From the NCBI RefSeq assembly GCF_006345805.1, contig NC_042998.1, forward strand, positions 98,828,001-98,892,000: DNA of 64,000 nucleotides, written 5' to 3'. Below the pieces are notes generated by a model. It had not been told where the DNA came from, did no database searches, and saw only the letters and a program-made list of their open reading frames with translations. Position numbers and translations under genes: made by a program. Below, piece by piece: positions 1 to 11,371 of the stretch. The DNA comes from Octopus sinensis (lineage: Eukaryota). How positions within the stretch are numbered: position 1 is the stretch's first letter; every line of letters begins with the position of its first letter.

Positions 1-1070
1 GCTGTTCACACACATGCATCATACAGTCTAACTTTCACTCTGAGTGAGAGGCCCTTTGATACCAGCAGATGTAGGAGCTTGCTGAACTTTGCCCAGGCTA
101 TTCTTATTCTATCATGTACACTCTCAGAGCATCCGACCCGACAACTGACTTGGTCACCTAGGTAATGGAAACTATCAACTACTTCTAGTTTTTCCTCCTG
201 GTATGTGATAGAAGATATTGTCTGCACATTTTCAGTGTTTATTGTCCCTGTGCATCTGCCACACATAAAAACTATCTTCCCAGTTAGCCTTCCTTTGATA
301 TTGCTGCACCTCTTCTGTGTCCATAGCTTACACCAGGGACATCTTATGGAGTTTCTACCTATGCCTTTTCCACAGATTGAGCAGAGCCATCTGCCTGAAG
401 AGATTTGTGATTTGTCTGCCATCCTACTTACTGAGACTGGTTTTCTACTAGATTGTCTCTAAGGCCCTTCGATTCTAGACCTTGCTTCCACACCTGAAAC
501 TTCTCCTCTAATTCTGATAGTGACAGCTATTAGAGGAAGGTCATCAGCATAGAGGAGCTCCCAGGGGCATCCTATCTTGAATTCCTCTGTTATTGCCTGG
601 AGGACTATGATGAATCAGAGGGGGCTGTGGACCCCTACCCCTACCCAGAATTCTTCACTATACTTATTGCCAACCTCTCTTTACTGACAGCATCCCTGCA
701 CATGGCTTGTAAGTTCTCACTAGCCATTCATCTATCCCTAGTTTCCACATCGTCCACCAGATAAGAGATCAGGGGACCTTGTCAAAAGCTTTCTCCATGT
801 CAATGAAAGCCAAGTCCAGAGGTTTATCTTTGACTTAGTATTTCTCCTGCAGCTGTCTTACCAGGAATATGGCATCAGTGGTGCTTCTCTCTGGCACAAA
901 CCCAAACTGCATCTTGTCTAAACTAACTCTCTCCCTAATTAGTTGGGCTAACTTTCATCACCTGATCCAACAATTTGATACCTCTGTAATTATTCGTATC
1001 TAATGTGTCACCTTTACTTTTGTAGCAGTTGACAATGGTGCTGCTATACTAGTCATTGGGTATGACTCCT
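1..1070 (-). mobile_element. RTE-clade LINE fragment (RT region with C4HC3 finger)
   Basis: ORF 6..422 has WLCSIC...CPWC...QKRC...MCGRC then VVDSFHYLGDQV; sequence up to ~1070 is collinear with the RT copy at 39.8-40.5 kb. Confidence 0.9.
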
Positions 1071-1183
1071 TCGTACATACATACTCACACACAAACACAC
1101 ATATGCATACATACATACATACATGCATACATACATACATACATACATACATACATACATTCATACATACATATATATATACA

Positions 1184-1429
1184 CAGGGTGGTGCAAAAGT
1201 AGGTATACAGTTATAAAAGAAAACATGTACAATACTCATTTATTTTTATCAAAAAAATTAAAAGTTGCAATAAAAGTATTATTATAGTTATGATAGATGT
1301 ATCATTATGATTAACAACACTGAAAATATATCTAAAATGAGGCTAACTAATTTAATGTGATAATAATTTTAATGAATTAAGTACTATGACATGTGATACT
1401 TAGTGTATACTTACTTTTGCACCCCACTG
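1184..1429. mobile_element. Tc1/mariner-type MITE (~245 bp)
   Basis: Terminal inverted repeats CAGGGTGGTGCAAAAGTAGGTATAC (1184-1208) vs rc of 1405-1429, 22/25 match; TA follows the right end. Confidence 0.75.
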
Positions 1430-1871
1430 TATGTCTGTCTGTCTGTCTGTATGTATGTATGTATGTATGTCATTATCATTATCATTATTTAATGTTTGTC
1501 TTCTACGTTGGTATGATATATATATATATATATATAGGAGAGTGCATATGTGTATATATGGACATGTTGAACAAACTTTCTTAGTTATGTTTGATTTTAT
1601 ACATTATGAGTCACTGTTGAATGGCTGACACAATTCTTTTTTACCCCTTCCTCACCTGAGTATTGAAAGTAACACTGAATATTTTCATCCTGTATTACTT
1701 TATTTGAATGGATAGGAATGTTTCTTTTTGATTATGTTTTATATCATTCTTCCCATAAAAATGTACACTTATAAATATATGAACATGTGTGAGAGTGTAT
1801 ACAAATGACTACATGCATATATATGTATGTATGTATATGTATGTATGTATGTATGTATGTAAAAAAAAAAA

Positions 1872-2180
1872 GACTCCGCCGGTTACGACGATGAGGGTCC
1901 CAGCTGATACGATCAACGGAACAGTTTGCTCGTGAAATTAACGTGCAAATGGCTGAGCATTCCACAGACACGTGTACCCTTAACGTAGTTCTCGGGGATA
2001 ATCAGCGTGACACAGAGAGTGACAAGGCTGACCCTTTGAAATACAAGTACAACTCATTTTTGCCAGCTGAGTGGACTGGAGCAACGTGAAATAAAGTGTC
2101 TTGCTCAAGGACACAACGCGTCGCCGGAATCGAACTCACAACCTTACGATCATGAGCCGAATGCCCTAACCACTAAGCCA
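1872..2180 (-). mobile_element. tRNA-headed SINE (family D), copy in duplication unit 1
   Basis: rc begins GTGGCTTAGTGG (A box)...GAGTTCGATTCC (B box) then TGTGTCCTTGAGCAAGACACTTT; related copies at 61.4 and 62.7 kb. Confidence 0.85.
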
Positions 2181-2624
2181 CATGTATGTATGTATGTATG
2201 TATGTATGTATGTATGTATGTCATTATCATTATCATTATTTAATGTTTGTCTTCTACGTTGGTATGATATATATATATATATATATAGGAGAGTGCATAT
2301 GTGTATATATGGACATGTTGAACAAACTTTCTTAGTTATGTTTGATTTTATACATTATGAGTCACTGTTGAATGGCTGACACAATTCTTTTTTACCCCTT
2401 CCTCACCTGAGTATTGAAAGTAACACTGAATATTTTCATCCTGTATTACTTTATTTGAATGGATAGGAATGTTTCTTTTTGATTATGTTTTATATCATTC
2501 TTCCCATAAAAATGTACACTTATAAATATATGAACATGTGTGAGAGTGTATACAAATGACTACATGCATATATATGTATGTATGTATATATGTATGTATG
2601 TATGTATGTATGTAAAAAAAAAAA

Positions 2625-2934
2625 GACTCCGCCGGTTACGACGATGAGGGTCCCAGCTGATACGATCAACGGAACAGTTTGCTCGTGAAATTAACGTGCA
2701 AATGGCTGAGCATTCCACAGACACGTGTACCCTTAACGTAGTTCTCGGGGATAATCAGCGTGACACAGAGAGTGACAAGGCTGACCCTTTGAAATACAAG
2801 TACAACTCATTTTTGCCAGCTGAGTGGACTGGAGCAACGTGAAATAAAGTGTCTTGCTCAAGGACACAACGCGTCGCCGGGAATCGAACTCACAACCTTA
2901 CGATCATGAGCCGAATGCCCTAACCACTAAGCCA
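2625..2934 (-). mobile_element. tRNA-headed SINE (family D), copy in duplication unit 2
   Basis: Near-identical to 1872-2180. Confidence 0.85.
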
Positions 2935-2970
2935 CATGTATGTATGTATGTATGTATGTATGTATGTATG

Positions 2971-3235
2971 TCTCTTATAATTTTTTTAATTGTCATAAAT
3001 CTTCCACTGAGGTGGGAGCTGGTTTCTAACAGAGATAAAAGACTCCATCTTTGGGATGTAGTTAACAGAAAAATTCACATTTGGAACTTGAGAAAAGTCT
3101 TGCATATTTTTACTGTTCCACTCACAGATTTGACTTATAATGTACGAATTAGCCTGTTGATTTCTCTTTCTGAAAATCCCAGTTTATTCAGACTCTTCTT
3201 TAAGCATTTTCTAATAAAACCTAGTGCTCCAATTA
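2971..3235 (-). mobile_element. R4/Dong-like LINE 3' end, (TATG)n on both sides
   Basis: rc translates IIGALGFIRKCLKKSLNKLGFSEREINRLIRTL; homologous to 31770-32030 (+). Confidence 0.85.
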
Positions 3236-3369
3236 TGTATGTATGTATGTATGTATGTATGTATGTATGTATGTATGTATGTATGTATGTATGTATGTAT
3301 GTATGTATGTATGTATTATGTATGTATGTATGTATGCATGCATGTATGTATGCATGCATGTATGTATAC

Positions 3370-3400
<31 letters not shown>

Positions 3401-3565
3401 TGTATGTATGTATGCATGCATGCATGCATGCATGCATGTATGTATGTATGTATGTATGTATGTATGTATACATACATATGTATGTATGTATACATACATA
3501 TGTATGTATACATACATATGTATGTATACATACATATGTATGTATACATATGCATGTATGTATAC

Positions 3566-3596
<31 letters not shown>

Positions 3597-3625
3597 TGTA
3601 TGTATGCATGCATGTATACATATAT
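3236..3625. repeat. Compound (TATG)n/(TGCA)n/(TATA) microsatellite
   Basis: Visible directly. Confidence 0.95.
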
Positions 3626-3629
3626 ACAT

Positions 3630-3782
3630 AAATGCAACCAATTTTCAGTCAAACATTTACCAATTTCAACAGATTTTGCTCAAATTTGATGTCGGTTTCA
3701 CTTATTTTGGTTTGAAATAAAGTGCTTGATCACTTAATAATCCTAACTTAATCCTGAGCAATGCTGGGCTGTACAGCTAGTA
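3630..3782 (+). mobile_element. Helitron-like 3' terminus
   Basis: CCTGAGCAATGCTGGG hairpin followed by CTAG|T, same motif as 18.2, 42.4 and 43.65 kb. Confidence 0.55.
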
Positions 3783-4134
3783 TATATATATAGTCCAAGT
3801 GTGACCACAAAGAGACCTTTTAACACATCTTTAATGATTAGTTACAGTTGTTTCTGCACCAACTCTGCTTTAAACACCAGTTCACACAAAAGTTTAAGGT
3901 GATAATTTACATAATATATGCTTTTAAACATTAGAGTGGCACTTTTTCAGACCTGCATCAAAGACTTGTGCTTCAGACCTGTGTTCTTACATTGTGCATC
4001 TGCAAGACGTTTTTTTTTTTTTTTATTTTATGCTTAATTTGAGCTGAAACGAGAAGTAAATAAAGATGAAGATATAAATAAACTCTACCAAAGTAGTTAA
4101 AAGCATGATAAGGGGATGAGAAAGCAATATAAAA

Positions 4135-4240
4135 GAAAGAAAGAAAGAAGAAGAAGAAGAAGAAGAAGAAGAAGAAGAAGAAGAAGAAGAAGAAGAAGAG
4201 AAGAAGAAGAAGAAGAAGAAGAAGAAGAAGAAGAAGATGG
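4135..4240. repeat. (GAA)n microsatellite
   Basis: Visible directly. Confidence 0.95.
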
Positions 4241-4289
4241 TGAAGAAGGAATGAAGGAAAAGGAAAGGAAAAGGTGAAAACAAATAGCT

Positions 4290-4775
4290 GGAAGAACTTT
4301 TGTAGTATTTATCCACAGCATGTCTGTGGAGGGAACAAGTAGAAGGGGTAGACTCAGGAAGACATGTGATGAAGTGGTGAGAAAGGATCCTCAGATGTTG
4401 GGCTTCACAGAGGGGATGACAGGGGACCAAGACATGAGAAGATACATCAAGCAAAGTAAAAGCATGGTTGTCCTTGCATACCGGCATGTCCCCTGCATCA
4501 CTCTCCAGCTGAGAATTCCTAATCTTGCAGGCTCATGAGTGCTGATGCCATGTAAAAAGCACCCTTACTGGTTTCACGGAAAAGTAGTTGTGCTGGTGCT
4601 GCGTAAAAGAACCCAGTACACTCTGTAAAGGGATTGATGTTAGGAAGGGCATGCAGCCATAGAAACCATGTCACAACAGACATGGAACCTGGGCAGCTCC
4701 TGTCAAACCGTCCAACCCATGCCAGCATGAAAAACAAACATTAACTGATGATGATGATAATGATGACAACATATG
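4290..4775 (+). mobile_element. RTE LINE 3' end (ORF end, 3' UTR, (GAT)n tail)
   Basis: VEGTSRRGRLRKTCDEVV; AGGAAGGGCAT...AACCCATGCCAGCATG...(GAT)n terminus shared across the family. Confidence 0.85.
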
Positions 4776-4827
4776 CAAATGTAGGTCAAATTGCAGCAGT
4801 AGTACAATAAAAAGAAATATTACAAAT

Positions 4828-4971
4828 TTATGCTGAGAATTGTGTGTCAATGGACATAGGTTCAATTGGAACAGGCTCAGACTTATTCACACCAAGGCAC
4901 AAGGCCACTACAAATAGTAAAGACAGAGTGACTACTCCATACACTTGCAACTCTAATGTGACATTAGCTCC
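4828..4971 (-). CDS. Candidate terminal coding exon of unknown host gene (GANVTLELQVYGVVTLSLLFVVALCLGVNKSEPVPIEPMSIDTQFSA*)
   Basis: 47-codon stop-free frame starts at CATCAG| acceptor, phase 0, matching the GTAAG donor at 5017; hydrophobic stretch; intron only 46 nt. Confidence 0.4.
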   Translation of the reverse strand, partial: GANVTLELQVYGVVTLSLLFVVALCLGVNKSEPVPIEPMSIDTQFSA

Positions 4972-5017
4972 CTGATGTGTTTAATTATTCATGAGCAGTT
5001 CTAATAAAATTTCTTAC

Positions 5018-5090
5018 CTGAGCAACAGCATTACATGCCATCAACCAATGTACATGGTACTTATGGAAATGCACCCACCAACAAATATAT
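5018..5090 (-). CDS. Candidate exon of unknown host gene (73 nt)
   Basis: CTAAC branch-like site, ...CATCAG| acceptor, CAG|GTAAGA donor; frames give DIFVGGCISISTMYIG* or stop-free YICWWVHFHKYHVHWLMACNAVAQ. Confidence 0.55.
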
Positions 5091-5628
5091 CTGATGATTA
5101 AGCTAAGAAAGTAACCTCTAGTTAGTTTTAGAAATAACAGCTAATTCAATCTTGATTTCACACTCAAAGGACCTGCAATCCACTATGATCTTGAATTCAT
5201 TTTGCCTATGAAAATGATGAGTTGGTTTCAGCCTTTGATTATAACTCAACTCAGTCAGGTTAAATAACAACAATATATGACTAGGAGAATTCATGGAAAT
5301 TCCACATTTTATAAATGTTCTTATTACTCTTTTGATGCTTGAATTTATTGATCATTATAACATCTTTTGTTGTTAAATATTCTGATTGTCTGATTTTATT
5401 CTTTATTAAATTTGTTTAAAGCTTAATACTCAAACACTTATAATAACAGTAATCATTTTATTAAAAAAAATTTTATTTGCTCCTCCATTTGGTACACATA
5501 TACATAGATGTTGCCACTCTACAGAGGGAAGGTGCAAACATCAATTACATTGATATTGATGTGTGTGCATGCATGTGTGTGTATGGGGTAGGGGGTGGAA
5601 AGACACATGCATATTGTCACACACGCAC

Positions 5629-5750
5629 CTGTTAACAGCATACAGTCTGCGAAACGACCTACTTTGTTGAAATCTTTTGCAAAGATCAAGTATTCCATAA
5701 CAGCTGTTTCAATTTTCAATTTTGTAACAGCTGTGTGAGACAGTGTATAC
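5629..5750 (-). CDS. Candidate exon of unknown host gene (YTLSHTAVTKLKIETAVMEYLIFAKDFNKVGRFADCMLLT)
   Basis: TTTCCATCCAG| acceptor, ACAG|GTGCGT donor, 40 codons open in one frame only; phase 2 start matches exon 26162-26275. Confidence 0.6.
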
Positions 5751-5998
5751 CTGGATGGAAACCATTCCAATTAAACAAGCAATTTTTTTCTTTAGAACAC
5801 AATTGTTACTCTCTTTTTTCTTTTTCCTGATAATTCAGAGAGTTAGGTCTGTAATTTAGTATTTTCTCTCTTTCCTTTCTTACAAAGAGACCATATTGCA
5901 CTTTCTGTCAATATTTCTTTGCAGTAATAGTGTGTTATCAACCAAAAAAAAATTTTGTCCCCGTTCTTTCATAAAGCAGGCATGATATCAGATCTGGC

Positions 5999-6226
5999 TT
6001 AACTCTTTTCATACAAAGCTACCCCAGACCGCCTCTGGTCCTACGACACAAGCTTCTTGTTTTAAAGCAATCTAAATTAAAACAGTCAACCAAAATTTCA
6101 TCTTCATTTATGTACCAAATACCAGCTTAATAATGATGAAGTTAATCTACTAAATTCTTCATTTATTTCAAAATTAATTGGAACAAAACCGTGATTACGA
6201 AAGAAATATGGCAGTGAATGTGTTAA
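5999..6226. mobile_element. TTAA-flanked MITE-like element (piggyBac-type)
   Basis: TTAA at both ends; terminal repeats match poorly. Confidence 0.4.
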
Positions 6227-7796
6227 ACACCTTAATCCATTTTCAGGTTAGTATCTCAACCAATACTTCTTTAATCTACATCTCAGCAGTTAGATCAATA
6301 TATGGATATTATAATTGGGGTGTTGATCATATTACAGTTACATGTAGTAGCTCTGAGTTATGTCTCATATTGGAATAAAAACAGAGTTTGTTCTTGTGGT
6401 CACAGATGCACACCTATAGGATTATTATATTACTACTTAGCTCCTTTCCTGTACTGTCACTTATCACTTCCTTCTTCCTGGGCCATTCCTGTTCCTTCAC
6501 CCTAGCCCTCCACTTACTGATACTTACTGTTGACCAAACCTCCACTCTTGTTTCATTCACTATATTCACCTCTACACCCATCTCTAACCACCTGTCACTC
6601 TCCTCTCACATTCACATAAATTTGTCTGCCACTCCTTCTGATTTGTTATATTCTCTCTTATACTTATACTTACCTTCTTGTATCTTGATAGTATGTTCCT
6701 ACACCTCATTACCACCATCATTGTCTTCTTTCCATCCACCCTTATATAATGTGGGGGTATCCATGTATCTATTCTATAGCAAGATAACTGTGCCTGTCCC
6801 TCTATCATACTTTCACGTCTAGACACCTAGCATAACACCCCCTCCCTCTCTGCTACATCCCCACTCAGTCAAGGAATCTTTATCCCTGTCTTGCAAGGAT
6901 CCAGCTGAAGAAACTATGCCAAGACAGATACTGGAGCTTGACACAGTCCTCCAGCTGTTGGATTTTGTCAATCTGTCCAATCTATGCCAGTATGAAAGAT
7001 GGGATGATAAATGATGATGAGGAGTAGGTGGAAATGGAGGAGGAGGATGGTGATGAAGATGGCGATGATGGTGATGATTTATATGTATATCAATGCATAT
7101 TGTTAAGAAGTTCCCTTCAAACCATGCAATTTAAGTCTCATTCTCACTGTGTGGATAGTGTTGGCTGTTATCTTCCACTGCAGTCAAATGTCAACCAATA
7201 TGCATACACATACATACATGCATGCATACATACTTACACACACACACACACACATATACATACATACATACATGCATACATACATACATACATACATACA
7301 TACATGCATACATACATACACATATGGTATTGCAACAAGAATGTTCCCCTCTGAGGCACAAGTCCAGACAAGGTTGTTTATGGAAGACCAGCAGTTGCCC
7401 ATGCATACCAACCTCTCCTCTCCATGCCTTTGATGTTATCCAAGGGAAAGGCAAAGGCTAATATACCTTGGCATGACTGATTGAGTAAACCTATCAATAA
7501 TGAACCTATAATGACTACTAGAAACAGATTTTCAGCAAATTTACTGCAATTAAAAAAATTATGTAATGACCATTGTTTATACATTGTTTTGTATATCACT
7601 CTATGCAAAAACTAGTATAACTGGAGCACAATCACGAATTTACAATATAGAAACTTGATGAACTATAACCTCAGACCCTGCCAATAGAATACAGAGTTCT
7701 TTACTAAACCAAACAATATTGTTAGCCTAATGTATTCAGAGAGAGCTTATAAAGTATTTTACCTGATTTGACAAACTCTCATGAATAACTGCTTTA

Positions 7797-7902
7797 TACA
7801 TACATACATACATACATACATACATACATACATACATACATACATACATACATACATACATACATACATACATACATACATACATACATTCATACATACA
7901 TA
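7797..7902. repeat. (TACA)n microsatellite
   Basis: Visible directly. Confidence 0.95.
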
Positions 7903-7941
7903 CAAGGCATGGTTGTATGGTAAGAATCTCGCTTTCCAACC

Positions 7942-8922
7942 ACTGCTGAAATATGCAGATGACATTAAATTGTACCTCGAAATAAAGAGGTCAGATCCTG
8001 TACACTATAGATCTCTATTGCAAGCAGACCTGGACACAATGCAGCAGTGGATCATAGACTGGCAACTGAAGCTGGCTGTGGACAAATGTACCACCATGCA
8101 TTTTGGGAGGAGAAACCCAGCGTCCACCTACTCCCTCCACAACACTAGTCTCAAAAAGTCTTCATGTGAACGTGACCTGACCTGGGTGTTATTGTCGACA
8201 GTGATTTGCGTTGGACAAAACACATCGCTAAAATTGTCAAGAAGGCTGAGGGTGTCTTGGCATCACTCACCAAATCCTTTGTGAGCCGCTCTCCGACTAT
8301 CTATCTGCGGCTTTATATAGCTATGGTAAGACCTCACCTGGAATTTGCATCACCGGTCTGGAACCCCTATCTTGCCCAGGATATCAATCGTCTGAAAGCT
8401 CTTCAGTGACGTGCAACCAAAAGAATACCCTCCATCAGGCATTTGCCATATTCTGAACGCCTTACTTCCCTGGGCATGGACACATTGAAACTCCGACGTC
8501 TGGCAGCTGACTTGGCAGACACCCATAAAATTATCAACCATCTTACAAACAATAACTCTGAGCACCTTTTCAAACTCCACCCATCTAACACCCGTGGACA
8601 TATTTACAAAGTCAGAAAACAGCACAGCTCCCATGACTTTAGGAAACATTTTTTCATGCTGAGAGTTGCTGAACATGGAACAAACTGCCGGCATCAGTTG
8701 TTAGTTGTCGGAGCACTGCATCCTTCAAAACTTCCATGTTTCTGAAATTCGCCAACACTACACCTGATTTTCTCCCCTCCATAGACACACAAGCATGTAT
8801 CTGACTCATACATTGTTCGCTTTCCAGACATTTGTACATTACTGCATATACTCTATACGCACTTTCTGACAAGTTGTGGTGCACCTGAGCACTGTATACA
8901 ATAATTTCAATATTATTATTAT
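7942..8922 (+). mobile_element. CR1-like LINE, 5'-truncated (RT C-terminal part, 3' UTR, (ATT)n tail)
   Basis: [36 protein letters not shown]; homologous to 11372-12360 (-). Confidence 0.92.
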
Positions 8923-9020
8923 AAATAGTTCTGGGTTCAGTCCCACTGCGTAACACCTTGGACATATGCCTTTTACTAAAGCCTTTGAGAGTGGGTTTGG
9001 TAGTCAGAAACTGAAAGAAG

Positions 9021-9247
9021 GCGGCGAGCTGGCAGAAACGTTAGTACGCCGGGTGAAATGCTTAGCGGTATTTCGTCTGCCGCTACGTTCCGAGTTCAAA
9101 TTCCGCCGAGGTCGACTTTGCCTTTCATCCTTTCGGGGTCGATTAAATAAGTACCAACGCATTGGGGCCTATATAATTGACTTAATCCGTTTGTCTGTCC
9201 TTGTTTGTCCCCTCTGTGTGCAGCCCCTTGTGGGTAGTAATGAAATA
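9021..9247 (+). mobile_element. tRNA-headed SINE family B with 15-bp TSD
   Basis: GCGGCGAGCTGGCAGAAACG...GAGTTCAAATTCC; AGAAACTGAAAGAAG duplicated at 9006-9020 and 9248-9262. Confidence 0.9.
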
Positions 9248-9994
9248 AGAAACTGAAAGAAGCCCGTCGTACATACACATACTAACACACACATACGTTG
9301 ATATTGAACAGTGAAGATGAGTGCTCCACACTGCATTGGTGGATAAATATTCTTTTTATGTGGTTTAACTAAGTTGTCATTAGTTTCATGTTAAGAGAGG
9401 TATATCTCTTGACAATTTTCAAACCTATTGCATGGAACATTGGTGTTCGTCTTCATCTAGGACGAAAACACGATAAAATCACGAGCAAAAACAAGTGAAG
9501 TCGCGTAAAGTTTTGGAGTAAACAAACAAATATTCATATAAAGGGGAACAACTTCTACATTATTATCTCCCTTGTATTTAATATGATTATCCTATGTGCA
9601 CCTATCCCACACGTATATACGCACATATATAATTGCATGCAGTATGCATTTTTAGTATATACACAATTGGTTCGTATTCACATATTTTTATGGTTTGGTT
9701 CATAGGACTATATATTTCTAAGTTTGTGTATATATTCATTCTATGTATCATGTAGTGTCATACGCACATGCACACGTATACTCAGGCACGAACACGCACA
9801 TATATACACACGCATGGACATGTGTGTAGACATACATACATACATACATACATACATACATCGGCCCTTGAATCACTCTGTGCTTCTGCTAAATATTGAT
9901 AGAAATATACATATACTTATATTTTGAGTTCTGTTTTTCCTGTTTGCATCACTATACCTATATGTACACACACACACTCACACACACACACACA

Positions 9995-10025
<31 letters not shown>

Positions 10026-10558
10026 CAAGGAAGTGTTGAAAAGTTCCTGGCTTTAAGGATCTCATGAAAGGCCTGGCTGGAGGCCCAACATTCTGAGTAT
10101 TTTTTTACAGGGCTTAGAAAAACTGCTGCAATAAGTGTGTGACTCTAAGAGGAGAAAAATGTTGAATAAAATCATAATTAACTGATCTTCCTGTATTTTC
10201 TTTTACCCAGAGTAAGGAGCTTTTCGGTCCAGTGGCCCAGTGGTTAGGGTAGCAGACTCGCGGTCGGAGGATTGTGGTTTCGATTCCCAAACCGGGTGCT
10301 GTGTGTGTTTATTGAGCGAAAACACCTAAAAGCTCCCCGAGGCTCCCACAGGGGGTGGTGGCGACCCCTGTTGTACTCTTTTGCCACAACTTTCTCTCAC
10401 TCTCTCTTCCTGTTTCTTGAGTAACGCTGTGATGGACTGGCGTCCTGTCCAGCTGGGGGGAGCACATACACCACAGAAATTGGGAAACCGGGCCCATGGG
10501 CCTGGCTAGGATTGAAAAGGGCGACAAAAAAAAAAGGAACTTTTTAGCATCCTCTTGT
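10026..10558. mobile_element. mariner-type MITE interrupted by a SINE
   Basis: CAAGGAAGTGTTGAAAAGTTCC vs rc TACAAGAGGATGCTAAAAAGTTCC. Confidence 0.7.
10226..10535 (+). mobile_element. tRNA-headed SINE family E with poly(A) tail
   Basis: A box GTGGCCCAGTGG, B box GGTTTCGATTCC, core TGTGATGGACTGGCGTCCTGTCCAG, A tail, imperfect TSD AGGAGCTTTT/AGGAACTTTT. Confidence 0.85.
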
Positions 10559-11371
10559 ATGTATACACACACACACACACACACACACATGTAACATTGT
10601 GGTAAAGTCATTTTAGTAATTTAAGAATGCACAAAAGCTTTTTATTTTCCCTTTCTAGTAATTTAAGAATGCACAAAAGCTTTTTATTTTCCCTTTCTAT
10701 GTATTGTAATCCTACTGCTTATTATGAAAATGTCAAAAAGGTTACAATGCATATTTGTGACCTGGCGACTGACACAGTTCCAGATGCAGTCGAATTACAT
10801 CAGTAACTTCTTAAACATCATAAGAGATACTGTTATGAAGAAATAAGCAAAAAGTGAATATAACAGGTTTTTGTGCTTTCTTAGAATGACTTTTACATGA
10901 TTGTATTGTTCAAATTTCACCAGTCACCACACGACATCCGATGTAGTCACTTGACAAGTAGCTGAAATTCTCTATGCATTACACACACACACACACACAA
11001 ACATCACACAAACATACATATATACACACATATATATCTACATACATATATGTATGTAGGTATGTATCTATATATGTATTTGTTCTTGTTTCTTTTGTTT
11101 GCTTAGTTTACAAATTCCCACTGCACCTTCTGTGTGTTGTATGTGTGTACGTGTGTATGTGCACGTTTGTTGTGCTTGTGTGTGTGTATGTATACATGTA
11201 TGAGTAGTGTATGTGTGTATGCATGGTGTGTGCATTCATACAGTAATCCCATGCCATATTGCGGTTCACCTATCGCAGTTTATTATCTAAGCTTACATTG
11301 ATTTCTCCAAGGTGTTGTTTTGCATTTATAATATAATAGATATATACAAAATATAAAAATTATGAAAGAAA

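Larger units (their letters stand above)
1451..2940. repeat. ~752-bp tandem duplication (2 units, near identical)
   Basis: TCATTATCATT at 1470 and 2221; both units end in CACTAAGCCAC-(TATG)n; only small indels seen. Confidence 0.95.
7907..9275 (+). mobile_element. SINE family A, split by a CR1 and a SINE-B insertion (pieces ~7907-7941, ~8927-9020, ~9263-9275)
   Basis: GGCATGGTTGTATGGTAAG...TTCCAACCA | GTTCTGGGTTCAGTCCCACTGCG...GAAACTGAAAGAAG | CCCGTCG rejoin to the sequence seen intact at 15585-15745 (-). Confidence 0.75.

Noticed and set aside
2854-3720. Long ORFs rich in MYVC/HTYI (also 19.2, 25.1, 30.0-30.4, 32.0, 59.4 kb)
   Set aside because: Translations of (TATG)n/(TACA)n microsatellites that lack stops in some frames
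10610-10700. ~45-bp tandem duplication
   Set aside because: Ordinary slippage duplication inside a probable decayed MITE
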